From contig SVQP01000004.1 in NCBI GenBank assembly GCA_015065285.1, positions 18,849-82,848 on the forward strand: a DNA stretch of 64,000 nt, written 5' to 3'. Source of the stretch: Oscillospiraceae bacterium. GTDB lineage: Bacteria > Bacillota > Clostridia > Oscillospirales > CAG-272. Below are positions 7,779 through 16,285 of this stretch, piece after piece (position 1 is the stretch's first letter; each line of letters starts with the position of its first letter). A program made the translations under genes and the position numbers. The notes under the pieces are model-generated. The model saw only the letters and a program-made list of their open reading frames with translations, searched no databases and was not told the origin of the DNA.

Positions 7779-9383
7779 TTATTCGATTGGCTCGGTGATA
7801 TAAAACAGCATATACGCTCCATCATTTCCGTTATCAATATAGCAATCGAGCGCCAGCTGCCCCGTTGGTGTTAATATCACTCTCTCAATGCCACATTCAC
7901 CGTCACGGCTGACAAATCTGCCCAATTCATTATGAACTATTTGTATCAGACTGTCAGGAATTGGCGGCGCATTGCGCATAGCTCCGAGATAGCCAAGTCC
8001 ATACGCAATCACATCTCCTCGGGTTGTCAAAAGCAGCTCAACTCTGTCGCTTGTCGGCAATTCTCCCAAGTATCTTACAAACGTATACGACACTTCTTCC
8101 CCGTCTTGCTTGGGTGTCTCCAAACGATATGCTTTCGGGTCGCTCACCTTTTCTGCCAAAAACGCATAAGCGATCTCTTCCAACTGTTCCATAGGCAGCT
8201 CTTTGGCATCCGCTTCGGGAGGTGCAAAGAAATCAAAGCGTACGATCTCTCCGGTCACCTGATCAATCGATACCATCAGTCCCTTCACGTCTTTACAAGT
8301 GTATTCGTGACACGCCTGCATACTCTTCCACGCCATCGTTTTGGAATGCGAGTACGAAAGCGAATACTCTTGCCCCCGGTACACAATCGTTATGGTTTCG
8401 GGAGCGGACGGATCCTGGTACCAATCCGCATAAATGTCAAGTACATTCCCTGTGGCAAACTCACTGTCGGGAGAGTCAACAAAGCTATAAATATATCTCT
8501 TGGGAGAATCTACGAATGCCCCAAACTCGGTATCCGTCCATGCAAATCGGGGCTTGGGGAGGATCATTGAATCGGCAACCTCCAACAAGTCAAGCAGCGC
8601 AGCGGTATCCATTCCGGATATATCGGAAGCGGCATATTGGATTTGAACTGCCGCTCCGTCAAGCAGCCCCCACCATTCGATCACGTGATCGGGGGAGACG
8701 TGCAAGCGTCGCTCGGTATACAGTATCAGCCGTCCGTCAGACACGGACAATGGAGCGGACAGCAAATTCTCCTGTGCCAGCTCTTGCTCGATTTGGGCGA
8801 TATAAGCCGCAGCATCCTCGACTGAAACCAAGTGAGTATAATACACCCTCTCCCCGCTATCAGCCGCTTTCTCCACGCGCAAGCATGCGGGAGAATGACT
8901 TGTCGAGCATTCATAATACACGGAAACGATCTCGCCCTCAATCAGATTCGGATAAGGGGTATGATCCACCAGTTCAAGAAAGTCAATCAGATCCTGTCGA
9001 CTTTGTATACCGTTCCCATCTAAGCTTTCAAGATATTGCGTAAGCTGCTGCTCGTCCTCACACACACTCATTTCACGCATGACAGCAATCTCATCTATGC
9101 CGCCAACGCTGATCCACACCTCGGGCAGCTCCTTGCCGGGTTCCTGCTCGGTTTCACTCTCCGATTCCCCGCCCGGACCGGGAACGCTTTGCCCCGCAAG
9201 CATCATGCCCACAGGCACGCATGCACCGATCAGCAAGACAAGGCACGCGGCAATGATCAAAACACGCAAGGCACGCTTTCTGCGAAGAGCCTTGTGCGAA
9301 AGCTCGAGGTCCATCTGTCGGTATTGCTCCAAAATCTGATCGTCAAGGTCACCTAAAAGTCTGAAAAAACGTTGCTTTTTCAT
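7779..9383 (-). CDS. single-pass membrane protein, putative anti-sigma partner with a large extracytoplasmic domain
   Basis: ATGA overlap with the upstream sigma gene. N-terminus MKKQRFFRLLGDLDDQILEQY..., then a basic stretch, one TM (VLIIAACLVLLIGACVPVGMML), and ~470 aa outside. No recognisable domain by eye. Confidence 0.55.
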   Translation of the reverse strand: MKKQRFFRLLGDLDDQILEQYRQMDLELSHKALRRKRALRVLIIAACLVLLIGACVPVGMMLAGQSVPGPGGESESETEQEPGKELPEVWISVGGIDEIAVMREMSVCEDEQQLTQYLESLDGNGIQSRQDLIDFLELVDHTPYPNLIEGEIVSVYYECSTSHSPACLRVEKAADSGERVYYTHLVSVEDAAAYIAQIEQELAQENLLSAPLSVSDGRLILYTERRLHVSPDHVIEWWGLLDGAAVQIQYAASDISGMDTAALLDLLEVADSMILPKPRFAWTDTEFGAFVDSPKRYIYSFVDSPDSEFATGNVLDIYADWYQDPSAPETITIVYRGQEYSLSYSHSKTMAWKSMQACHEYTCKDVKGLMVSIDQVTGEIVRFDFFAPPEADAKELPMEQLEEIAYAFLAEKVSDPKAYRLETPKQDGEEVSYTFVRYLGELPTSDRVELLLTTRGDVIAYGLGYLGAMRNAPPIPDSLIQIVHNELGRFVSRDGECGIERVILTPTGQLALDCYIDNGNDGAYMLFYITEPIE

Positions 9384-9964
9384 ACGGTAATCCCCTCCTT
9401 TTCAAAGCATGCACGCAGCTCACTTTTGATCCGGGCAAGCTCCTTATTGACTAAGGAAACACTGCAGCCAAGCCGTCCGGCGATCTGTGCCACTGTATAG
9501 GAATAGAAAAAGCGGGAGATAAAAACGTACATCCTTCTTTGTGTCGTACTTCTGAGATATGTCTCCACCACACGCTTGACACTCTCGGACAAAAGATCGT
9601 CATCCGGTCCTTGCGGATCAGGCAAAAAGTCCTGCACCTCGTCCATGGGCGTACAGTTCTCTGCTCCCACGCGCCCTTTTCTTTTTTGCATATCATATCG
9701 GTTCAGTGACAAGTTTCGCGTGATCTTTGCCAAAAACGCGTGAAAAACGCTCGGTCTTTGGGGTGGAATGGTATTCCAGGTGCGCACGTACGTATCCTGT
9801 AAGCATTCCTCGCAGTCCTGCTCGTTGGCAAGAATGTTATAAGCTACCGTATGAAGATAACGGCTGTATTTTTTATCCGTTTCGGCAATCGCGCGTTCTT
9901 CCCTTGCGAAATACAGATCCAGGATCTGTTCGTCGCTAAGCAGCTCATGCTCTCTTTGCTCCAT
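9380..9964 (-). CDS. RNA polymerase sigma-70 family (ECF-type) sigma factor
   Basis: 194 aa. Region 2 (ECLQDTYVRTWNTIP) and a region-4 HTH (YTVAQIAGRLGCSVSLVNKELARIK). RBS AGGAGG. About 45% identical by eye to the 52666 protein. Confidence 0.85.
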   Translation of the reverse strand: MEQREHELLSDEQILDLYFAREERAIAETDKKYSRYLHTVAYNILANEQDCEECLQDTYVRTWNTIPPQRPSVFHAFLAKITRNLSLNRYDMQKRKGRVGAENCTPMDEVQDFLPDPQGPDDDLLSESVKRVVETYLRSTTQRRMYVFISRFFYSYTVAQIAGRLGCSVSLVNKELARIKSELRACFEKEGITV

Positions 9965-10054
9965 GGTGACACCTCCTTGTTCGTATTCATAGGCTTCCTC
10001 ACCTATATAGACCGATAATTTTTAAAAGTGTGTAAAGAGTTCATATTGAAACGC

Positions 10055-10083
10055 AAACAGCCGCAGCATGCGCCGCGGCTGTT
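10055..10083 (-). terminator. rho-independent terminator after the ftsK-lgt-CPBP genes
   Basis: AAACAGCCGC...GCGGCTGTTT stem, followed on the minus strand by a T-rich run. Confidence 0.6.
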
Positions 10084-10090
10084 TCGAATC

Positions 10091-10948
10091 TTATTCGTTT
10101 TTCGCCTCGGCTTGGGGCTCGGGGTGCTTTTGCGGAAACAGTCTCTCAATTTCCTCGGGCTTGATGCGCAACAGGCTGATCACCATGAACACAGCCACCG
10201 CCACGCCAAGCACGGCAGTTATGATGACGGTTACGGTATCCCAGCGCTTACCGCCGCCCAGATACAGAATGGTGCCGCCAAGATCATACACGGTGTGCAG
10301 CAGCACGCAATACCAGATATTTGCCGTTTTGAGCAGCACGATCGAGCACATGCCGCCGATCAGGAAGGAATATCCCACCTGCAAAAGCGTAGCTCCCGGG
10401 TTGGCACCGATAAAGAGATTGACCAGATGCACAAGCCCAAACACGGCACAGCATACAGCCGTGGTCCAGAAGATCTGCTTTTTGGTCTTACGTCTGCCAT
10501 CCAGGATCATCAGATAAAACAATCCGCGGAAGGCGAATTCCTCAAACATGCCGATGGCAAGACAGTACGCGATCAGAATCAGCACGCCGCCGACGGGATC
10601 GGTGACGTAGGCATTGCCCGTAAAAAGTCCGATCAGGGGAAAATTGTTGATCGCCACTGCCAGCGAGGGCAGCAGGAACAAAAGCGATTTTCCGATCGGC
10701 TTTTGCAAAGGATTCATAACGCGAAACCCCATGTACAGCGTCATGCAGACAAACACAACGGCACCAATGCCGTCCATGATCAGCGTATCAAGAATGGGCG
10801 CACGGTAGTCGTCGCTTGCAATCAGCGATTTCATCAGCTCGCTGTCGGCAAGCATGCCCGACAAAAACAGCTTGTACGCGCCAACCAGCGCTGCGCAGCA
10901 GATCAGAATGATGATACAGACCTTACGACTCAGACGTAATTTGCTCAT
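10091..10948 (-). CDS. CPBP family intramembrane glutamic endopeptidase (CAAX protease-like)
   Basis: Polytopic membrane protein with the motifs EEFAFRG, FGLVHLVN and LLHTVYD. Confidence 0.85.
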   Translation of the reverse strand: MSKLRLSRKVCIIILICCAALVGAYKLFLSGMLADSELMKSLIASDDYRAPILDTLIMDGIGAVVFVCMTLYMGFRVMNPLQKPIGKSLLFLLPSLAVAINNFPLIGLFTGNAYVTDPVGGVLILIAYCLAIGMFEEFAFRGLFYLMILDGRRKTKKQIFWTTAVCCAVFGLVHLVNLFIGANPGATLLQVGYSFLIGGMCSIVLLKTANIWYCVLLHTVYDLGGTILYLGGGKRWDTVTVIITAVLGVAVAVFMVISLLRIKPEEIERLFPQKHPEPQAEAKNE

Positions 10949-11819
10949 CCTGCTCCTCCTTGGCAGGCAGCTCGTTTTGCTGCTCCGCCATGACGCGCGC
11001 TGTATAGCGTCTGGTATATTTCTCTGCGAAAATGACTCCGATGCCTACCGCGATCAGAAGCAACGCGGTCTGCTGCGAGGGAGACAGGAAGGACACAATG
11101 CCCTCTCCGCGAAAGTCCGCACGCAGATACTCGGCAAAAAATCTCCAAACACCGTATGCAATGGTGTAGATCGGCAGGTTATAGTGCTTGTTCTTGAGTA
11201 CGCGCCAGATCAGAACTGCGGCAAGCCCAAACAAGAACAGCGCCTCCAAAAGCTGCACGGGCAGCGCGTAGATTTCCTTGACCGTTCCGTCGGTATAAAG
11301 CTGCAAAAACGTAAACGTATACCACTCCTTTTGCTCGCATACCAAGCCATGGCAACAGCCTGCCATCAGACAGCCGATTCTGCCAATGCCGTGCGCCACC
11401 GGAATGACGGCACCGGCAATGGTTGCAATCGGGAAAAAGTAATGAATATTCTCTTTCTTTTTGAAGATCAGGGCGCCTATGCCGAAGTAGATGATCAAAA
11501 AGATGATCACACCACCCACAAGTCCGCCGTAAAAGGTAGCGCCACTCCCCCAGAAATCCCAAAAGGGCTTTTCTTCGGGTGTGCCAAGTGCTGCCTTCCA
11601 GTTATAAAAGGTTTGCACCAGCGCTGCAGCATAATAGCCGCAGGCGATGGCGATCAAACCGGTAAACAACGCGAAATTCTGAATCTTCGCCTTGAATTTC
11701 TGTCTGTCCGCAAACACGCGGTACAGCACAAGGCAAGCAAGGATACCCACCATCAGGCAGATATCGTACATGCCAAACCGAAGATTCTCGCCTAAATCAA
11801 TGATTATATACGGATACAC
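10923..11819 (-). CDS. lgt: prolipoprotein diacylglyceryl transferase
   Basis: GTG start with AGGAGG 7 nt upstream. Motifs HGIGRIGCLMAGCCHG and WRFFAEYLRAD. Overlaps the CPBP gene by 26 nt. Confidence 0.85.
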   Translation of the reverse strand: MYPYIIIDLGENLRFGMYDICLMVGILACLVLYRVFADRQKFKAKIQNFALFTGLIAIACGYYAAALVQTFYNWKAALGTPEEKPFWDFWGSGATFYGGLVGGVIIFLIIYFGIGALIFKKKENIHYFFPIATIAGAVIPVAHGIGRIGCLMAGCCHGLVCEQKEWYTFTFLQLYTDGTVKEIYALPVQLLEALFLFGLAAVLIWRVLKNKHYNLPIYTIAYGVWRFFAEYLRADFRGEGIVSFLSPSQQTALLLIAVGIGVIFAEKYTRRYTARVMAEQQNELPAKEEQDEQITSES

Positions 11820-11830
11820 CGAAAACCTCC

Positions 11831-14647
11831 TTAATCGGCTTTGCCGTTCATGCGCAGCTCGTCAAGATCGGATTTGGTCACAAGCACCTTACGCGGCTTG
11901 TTGCCGTCCTGTGCCGAGATAAAGCCAAGCTCCTCCATGCGGTCAAGCAAGCCGGCTGCTCTGCCGTAGCCTACCTTGAGATAGCGCTGCAGCATGGACG
12001 TGGATGCCTTACCCTCAGTCACCACGACCTCAACAGCCTCCCAGAGCTTATCATCCTCACCGTCGCCGCCGCCAAGGTCGCCCTCAGCGCCGCCCTTCTT
12101 GCCGCCTGTGCCGCACTTGGCAGCCTCTTCCTCGATCTGCTTGGTAAAGCTATCGTTATACTTAGCGGAACCGTTTTGCGTTTTGACAAAGTTGACCACG
12201 CGCTCCACCTCGCCGTCCGCAACGAATGCGCCCTGCACACGCTGAGGCTTTGCAGCACCGACCGGGGCATACAGCATATCACCGCGACCGATCAGCTTTT
12301 CCGCGCCACCCACGTCGATAATGGTTCTGGAGTCGACCTGCGAGGATACGGTAAATGCGATACGGGAAGGAATGTTTGCCTTGATCAGACCGGTGACAAC
12401 GTCAACCGAAGGACGCTGCGTACCGATGATGATGTGAATGCCCGCAGCTCTCGCCTTCTGTGCCAGACGGCAGATGCAGGTTTCCACGTCGTCGGGAGCG
12501 GTCATCATCAAGTCTGCCAGCTCGTCGATGATGATGACGATTCTGGGCAGGTATTCCTTTTCGGGGTCATCCTTGGTAATTTCGTTGTAGCCCGTGATGT
12601 TACGCACACCAACCTCCTCGATCAGCGAGAAGCGGCGCTCCATTTCGGAAACCGCACTTGCCAGTGCGCCCGCAGCCTTTTTGGGATCGCTGACGATGGG
12701 ACAGTACAGGTGCGGAATGTCACGGTACATGGTAAACTCAACCTTCTTGGGGTCGACCATGATCAGCTTGACCTCATCGGGTCTTGCCTTATAAAGCAAG
12801 GACATAACAAGGCAGTTGATACACACCGACTTACCCATACCGGTTGCACCCGCAACCAGAAGGTGAGGCATTTTTTCAATATCAAATACGACCGGCTTAC
12901 CCGAAACGTCCGCGCCAAGGCAGACCGCAACCTTACTCTTATGGTTGACGAATTCGGGGCTTTCCAGCAAGTTGCGCAGATAAACGGTAGCCGCCTTGTC
13001 GTTGGGCACCTCGATACCTACGGCAGCCTTGCCGGGAATGGGCGCTTCAATACGCACACCCGACTTTGCAAGTCCCAGTGCAATATCGTCGACCAGGTTG
13101 GCAATGGCACGCACGCGCACGCCCGCCTCGGGCTTGATCTCATAACGCGTGACGGTAGGACCTGTAGAGCAGGTGACCTCCTTGACGCGGATGTGGAAAT
13201 CCTCCAGCGTCTGACGAAGGATCTCGGTATTTGCCGCGACCTCTTCCTCGCTGGTCTGATATTTCGCGCTTCCCGCTGCCAGCATATCGGTTGTCGGGAA
13301 TACATAAACGCTTTCAAGATCCTGCGCTGCCTCTGTCTGTTCGGGCTCGTCTACCTCCAAAAGCTCTTCCAGCATATCGTCCAAGTCCTCCTCGGGCTCG
13401 GGCTCGGGCTCCTTGACCTTACGGGCACGGGTACGGGGCGAGGGTGCGAACACCTGATCCGCATCGTCGTCCTCAAGGTCTACCTCAATCTCGTTCATGG
13501 TGCCGTCGTTGACAAACACCTCCTCGGCAGCCTCGTCATGATAAGGCGTATAGGGTGCAACCTCCTCGGGCTGCTCTGCCTGCTCGGTCAGAGTAGCATT
13601 GTCCGCAGCGTCTGCCGCCACGGCTGCCTTTTCCTTCTCGTCAGGCAGATCGTCGGTCAGCTTAAGCGGTGTAAAGCCGATATCGTCGTCATCGTCACGG
13701 CGCGCCTTTTTATTCTTGCGGGCAGGCTTTTTGCCGCTCTCGATCACCTCGCCCGTCTCGGGATCTACGCGATAGTCATCCTCGTCGTCACGGGACTTTT
13801 TCTGCTTCTTTTTGGCGGGAGCGGAGATCTCCTCCTCTTCCTCCTCGTAATCGTCGTAGTCGTCCTCGTCGTCATACGCATCCGCAGCAAGACGTGCACG
13901 CTCTGCGCGCTTGGCATTGAGCGCCTTGATCTTGTTCCATACCTGCACGGGCGTGATGTCCAGCAGCACGAAGAACAAAATGATCAGAATAAACAACAGA
14001 ACAAAGGGAGATGCCATCTGAAACGCCCAAGCGCAGGCGTAACCCAGGTATCCGCCCAGCAAGCCGCCCGCCTGCTGATGGGTGCTGTCAATAAACAGCT
14101 GCACAAAGCCGGTGGTCATGTTCTCCTCGCTGAATCCCTCGTGCATGAAAATATGCACCATTGCCGAGAATACGACAATGATCATGACAGACAGCACTGC
14201 CTTGATGGCACGCGTCACGCCGTCGGGCGATTTGAACCAGTAAATACCCATGATCACCAAAAGCACCGGGAACAGGTATGAGGCATGTCCAAACACACCG
14301 AACAAAATATTGCGGCAGATAAATTCGCCCACCACGCCCTCAAGCTTTGAGTTGTTGAAATAGCTGATGGCATTGAGCACCAGCAAGATCGCCAGAATCA
14401 GCGCAAAGGCAAACAGAATAAAAGGCACGAATTGCGAAAATTTATTCTTTCTTTTATTGGCAGCGGCAACGCGCTCCAGATTTTTCTTTCTTTGTGCAGC
14501 GGAAACGTTTGCCCCGCCCTTGGATTTGGTCGGGCTCTTCTTGGGCGCACCGGTCTTTTTGGGTGCACTCTTTGGCGCGGACTTGGTATTTTTTGTCGCG
14601 CCCGTTGCAGGCTTTGCATTCGAAGAGGTCGGTTTCTTGGTTGCCAT
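11831..14647 (-). CDS. ftsK: DNA translocase FtsK/SpoIIIE
   Basis: 938 aa. Basic N-terminus, 4-5 TM segments, an acidic/low-complexity linker, then the motor domain (HLLVAGATGMGKS, IVIIIDELADL) and a C-terminal winged-helix gamma domain. Confidence 0.95.
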   Translation of the reverse strand: MATKKPTSSNAKPATGATKNTKSAPKSAPKKTGAPKKSPTKSKGGANVSAAQRKKNLERVAAANKRKNKFSQFVPFILFAFALILAILLVLNAISYFNNSKLEGVVGEFICRNILFGVFGHASYLFPVLLVIMGIYWFKSPDGVTRAIKAVLSVMIIVVFSAMVHIFMHEGFSEENMTTGFVQLFIDSTHQQAGGLLGGYLGYACAWAFQMASPFVLLFILIILFFVLLDITPVQVWNKIKALNAKRAERARLAADAYDDEDDYDDYEEEEEEISAPAKKKQKKSRDDEDDYRVDPETGEVIESGKKPARKNKKARRDDDDDIGFTPLKLTDDLPDEKEKAAVAADAADNATLTEQAEQPEEVAPYTPYHDEAAEEVFVNDGTMNEIEVDLEDDDADQVFAPSPRTRARKVKEPEPEPEEDLDDMLEELLEVDEPEQTEAAQDLESVYVFPTTDMLAAGSAKYQTSEEEVAANTEILRQTLEDFHIRVKEVTCSTGPTVTRYEIKPEAGVRVRAIANLVDDIALGLAKSGVRIEAPIPGKAAVGIEVPNDKAATVYLRNLLESPEFVNHKSKVAVCLGADVSGKPVVFDIEKMPHLLVAGATGMGKSVCINCLVMSLLYKARPDEVKLIMVDPKKVEFTMYRDIPHLYCPIVSDPKKAAGALASAVSEMERRFSLIEEVGVRNITGYNEITKDDPEKEYLPRIVIIIDELADLMMTAPDDVETCICRLAQKARAAGIHIIIGTQRPSVDVVTGLIKANIPSRIAFTVSSQVDSRTIIDVGGAEKLIGRGDMLYAPVGAAKPQRVQGAFVADGEVERVVNFVKTQNGSAKYNDSFTKQIEEEAAKCGTGGKKGGAEGDLGGGDGEDDKLWEAVEVVVTEGKASTSMLQRYLKVGYGRAAGLLDRMEELGFISAQDGNKPRKVLVTKSDLDELRMNGKAD

Positions 14648-14824
14648 CGGTATGTATCCTCATCTTTCTCAGAAATTACATCGTATGATTCGTGCACGCA
14701 GCGCCACAATGAAAATAAGAGCACCGCGTCTGCACATAATTACAGTTATATATATTATAACATTATTTCCCCGAAATTGCAAGTACCGATGATACATTTA
14801 TGCAAAAAAGGAGCACTTTTTCCC

Positions 14825-15208
14825 ATGATTCGATTGCATCGCTATACAAGCACGGCAGCCCTAGTTGGCTGTGCCGTTGCCGCAGGGCTGATTAACGGCT
14901 TGCTGGGTGCGGGCGGCGGCATTCTTCTGGTATTTGCGCTTTCCCGCTTTTGCCAAAATGCCTTTCCCGATAAGCGGGACGTCTATGCCAACGCGCTGGT
15001 GGTCACGCTGGCACTGACACTGGTCTCCACCCTGCTCTATATCCGCGCAGGCAATGCTCCGCCTGCCGATCTTTCGCACTTTGTGCTGCCCGCTGCTGCA
15101 GGCGGTCTTGCAGGAGGGGTGCTGCTCGGGCGCATTTCGTCAAAGACGCTGGGGCTGATCTTTGCGTGGCTTTTGGTGGTCTCGGGCGTGTTTATGATCT
15201 TTCGCTGA
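14825..15208 (+). CDS. TauE/SafE (TSUP) family membrane protein, first half-size gene
   Basis: Start chosen at MIRLHRYTS. AAGLINGLLGAGGGILLVFAL is the TSUP signature. The upstream part of the 14432 ORF overlaps ftsK antisense and is not coding. Confidence 0.65.
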   Translation: MIRLHRYTSTAALVGCAVAAGLINGLLGAGGGILLVFALSRFCQNAFPDKRDVYANALVVTLALTLVSTLLYIRAGNAPPADLSHFVLPAAAGGLAGGVLLGRISSKTLGLIFAWLLVVSGVFMIFR

Positions 15209-15223
15209 AAGGAGGCGCTTTTC

Positions 15224-15628
15224 ATGGTTTGGCTGGATATCGCAGTATCGTTTTGCATCGCCATGCTCTCGGGGCTCGGAGTGGGCAGCGGCGGACTTTT
15301 GGTTATTTATCTGACACTGCTTTCACAGGTGCCGCAGCTGCAGGCGCAAGGCATCAACCTCGTATTTTTCCTGTTCTCCGCAGGCAGCTCCATGCTCTCG
15401 CATCTGTGGCGACGGCACCTGATCCTTCCCTTGTGCATTTTGATGATCGCCTGCGGCATTCCGGGAGCGCTTGCAGGCTCTTATCTTGCCGGAATTCTGC
15501 CCGCTGCTGCGCTGCGAAGGCTGTTTGGCGGCTTTTTGGTGATTGCAGGAGGACTGACTCTGACAAGAAACGCCAAAAGGCGCGCGTCATTTGGCATTTT
15601 TCACAAGCCGCCCTATATTAATAGATGA
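15224..15628 (+). CDS. TauE/SafE (TSUP) family membrane protein, second half-size gene
   Basis: RBS AAAGGAGG. SGLGVGSGGLLVIYL is the second TSUP repeat motif. It starts 15 nt after the first half. Confidence 0.65.
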   Translation: MVWLDIAVSFCIAMLSGLGVGSGGLLVIYLTLLSQVPQLQAQGINLVFFLFSAGSSMLSHLWRRHLILPLCILMIACGIPGALAGSYLAGILPAAALRRLFGGFLVIAGGLTLTRNAKRRASFGIFHKPPYINR

Positions 15629-15819
15629 GATTTTTTCACAACCGACAATAAATTTTGTGCGTAACCCCTTTACAAACTAAAACAATTGTGATATAATATG
15701 CTATGCATGGCGTTCTCACGGCCCTCGGACAAACGGCTGCAAAAGCGGCACTTTCACCCGCCGATCTCTGTGGGACACGCAAATTGCAAAAATATTTATT
15801 TTGAAAGGTGAAAAAAATC

Positions 15820-16083
15820 ATGACCACTCAAGAAAAACAGGCAATTATTGCGCAGTATGCTACACACGAGGGTGACACCGGTTCCCCCGAAGTGCAGATC
15901 GCTATTCTGACCTACCGCATCAACAACCTGACCGAGCACCTCAAGGACAATCATCACGACAACCACAGCCGTCGCGGTCTGTCCAAGATGGTCGGCCACA
16001 GAAGAAACCTGCTGGGCTACCTGCAGAAGGTTGACATTGAGCGCTACCGTGCGATCATCAAGAAGCTGAACATCAGAAAGTAA
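15820..16083 (+). CDS. rpsO: 30S ribosomal protein S15
   Basis: [42 protein letters not shown]...HSRRGL is a classic S15 sequence. Confidence 0.97.
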   Translation: MTTQEKQAIIAQYATHEGDTGSPEVQIAILTYRINNLTEHLKDNHHDNHSRRGLSKMVGHRRNLLGYLQKVDIERYRAIIKKLNIRK

Positions 16084-16090
16084 TTACTGC

Positions 16091-16143
16091 GGGAGTGGAA
16101 AGCGGCGGATTTCTCTGCCGCTTCCGCTCCCAACTGTTTTTTT
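16091..16143 (+). terminator. rho-independent terminator/attenuator between rpsO and pnp
   Basis: GGGAGTGGAAAGCGGC...GCCGCTTCCGCTCCC followed by T7. Confidence 0.7.
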
Positions 16144-16285
16144 CCACCGAGAGCCCGCCTCGCACGGATTTAGAACTTAAACGCGCGCTTGTCAATGGCG
16201 TGGACAAGCTTGGGTTTAAGTACTAAAACCGATGCGGGTGCATGAAAACATGACAAAGAATTTATGAAAAGGAGATTATCACGAA

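Noticed and set aside
13650-13900. Acidic/low-complexity, repeat-like DNA inside ftsK
   Set aside because: It encodes the well-known variable D/E/K-rich linker of FtsK/SpoIIIE. It is in frame, with no independent repeat structure.
14432-14824. N-terminal 131 codons of the 258-aa ORF that contains the first TauE half
   Set aside because: This part overlaps the ftsK 5' end and promoter region on the opposite strand and is Arg/Cys/Leu-rich junk. The TSUP homology starts only after the internal ATG at 14825.
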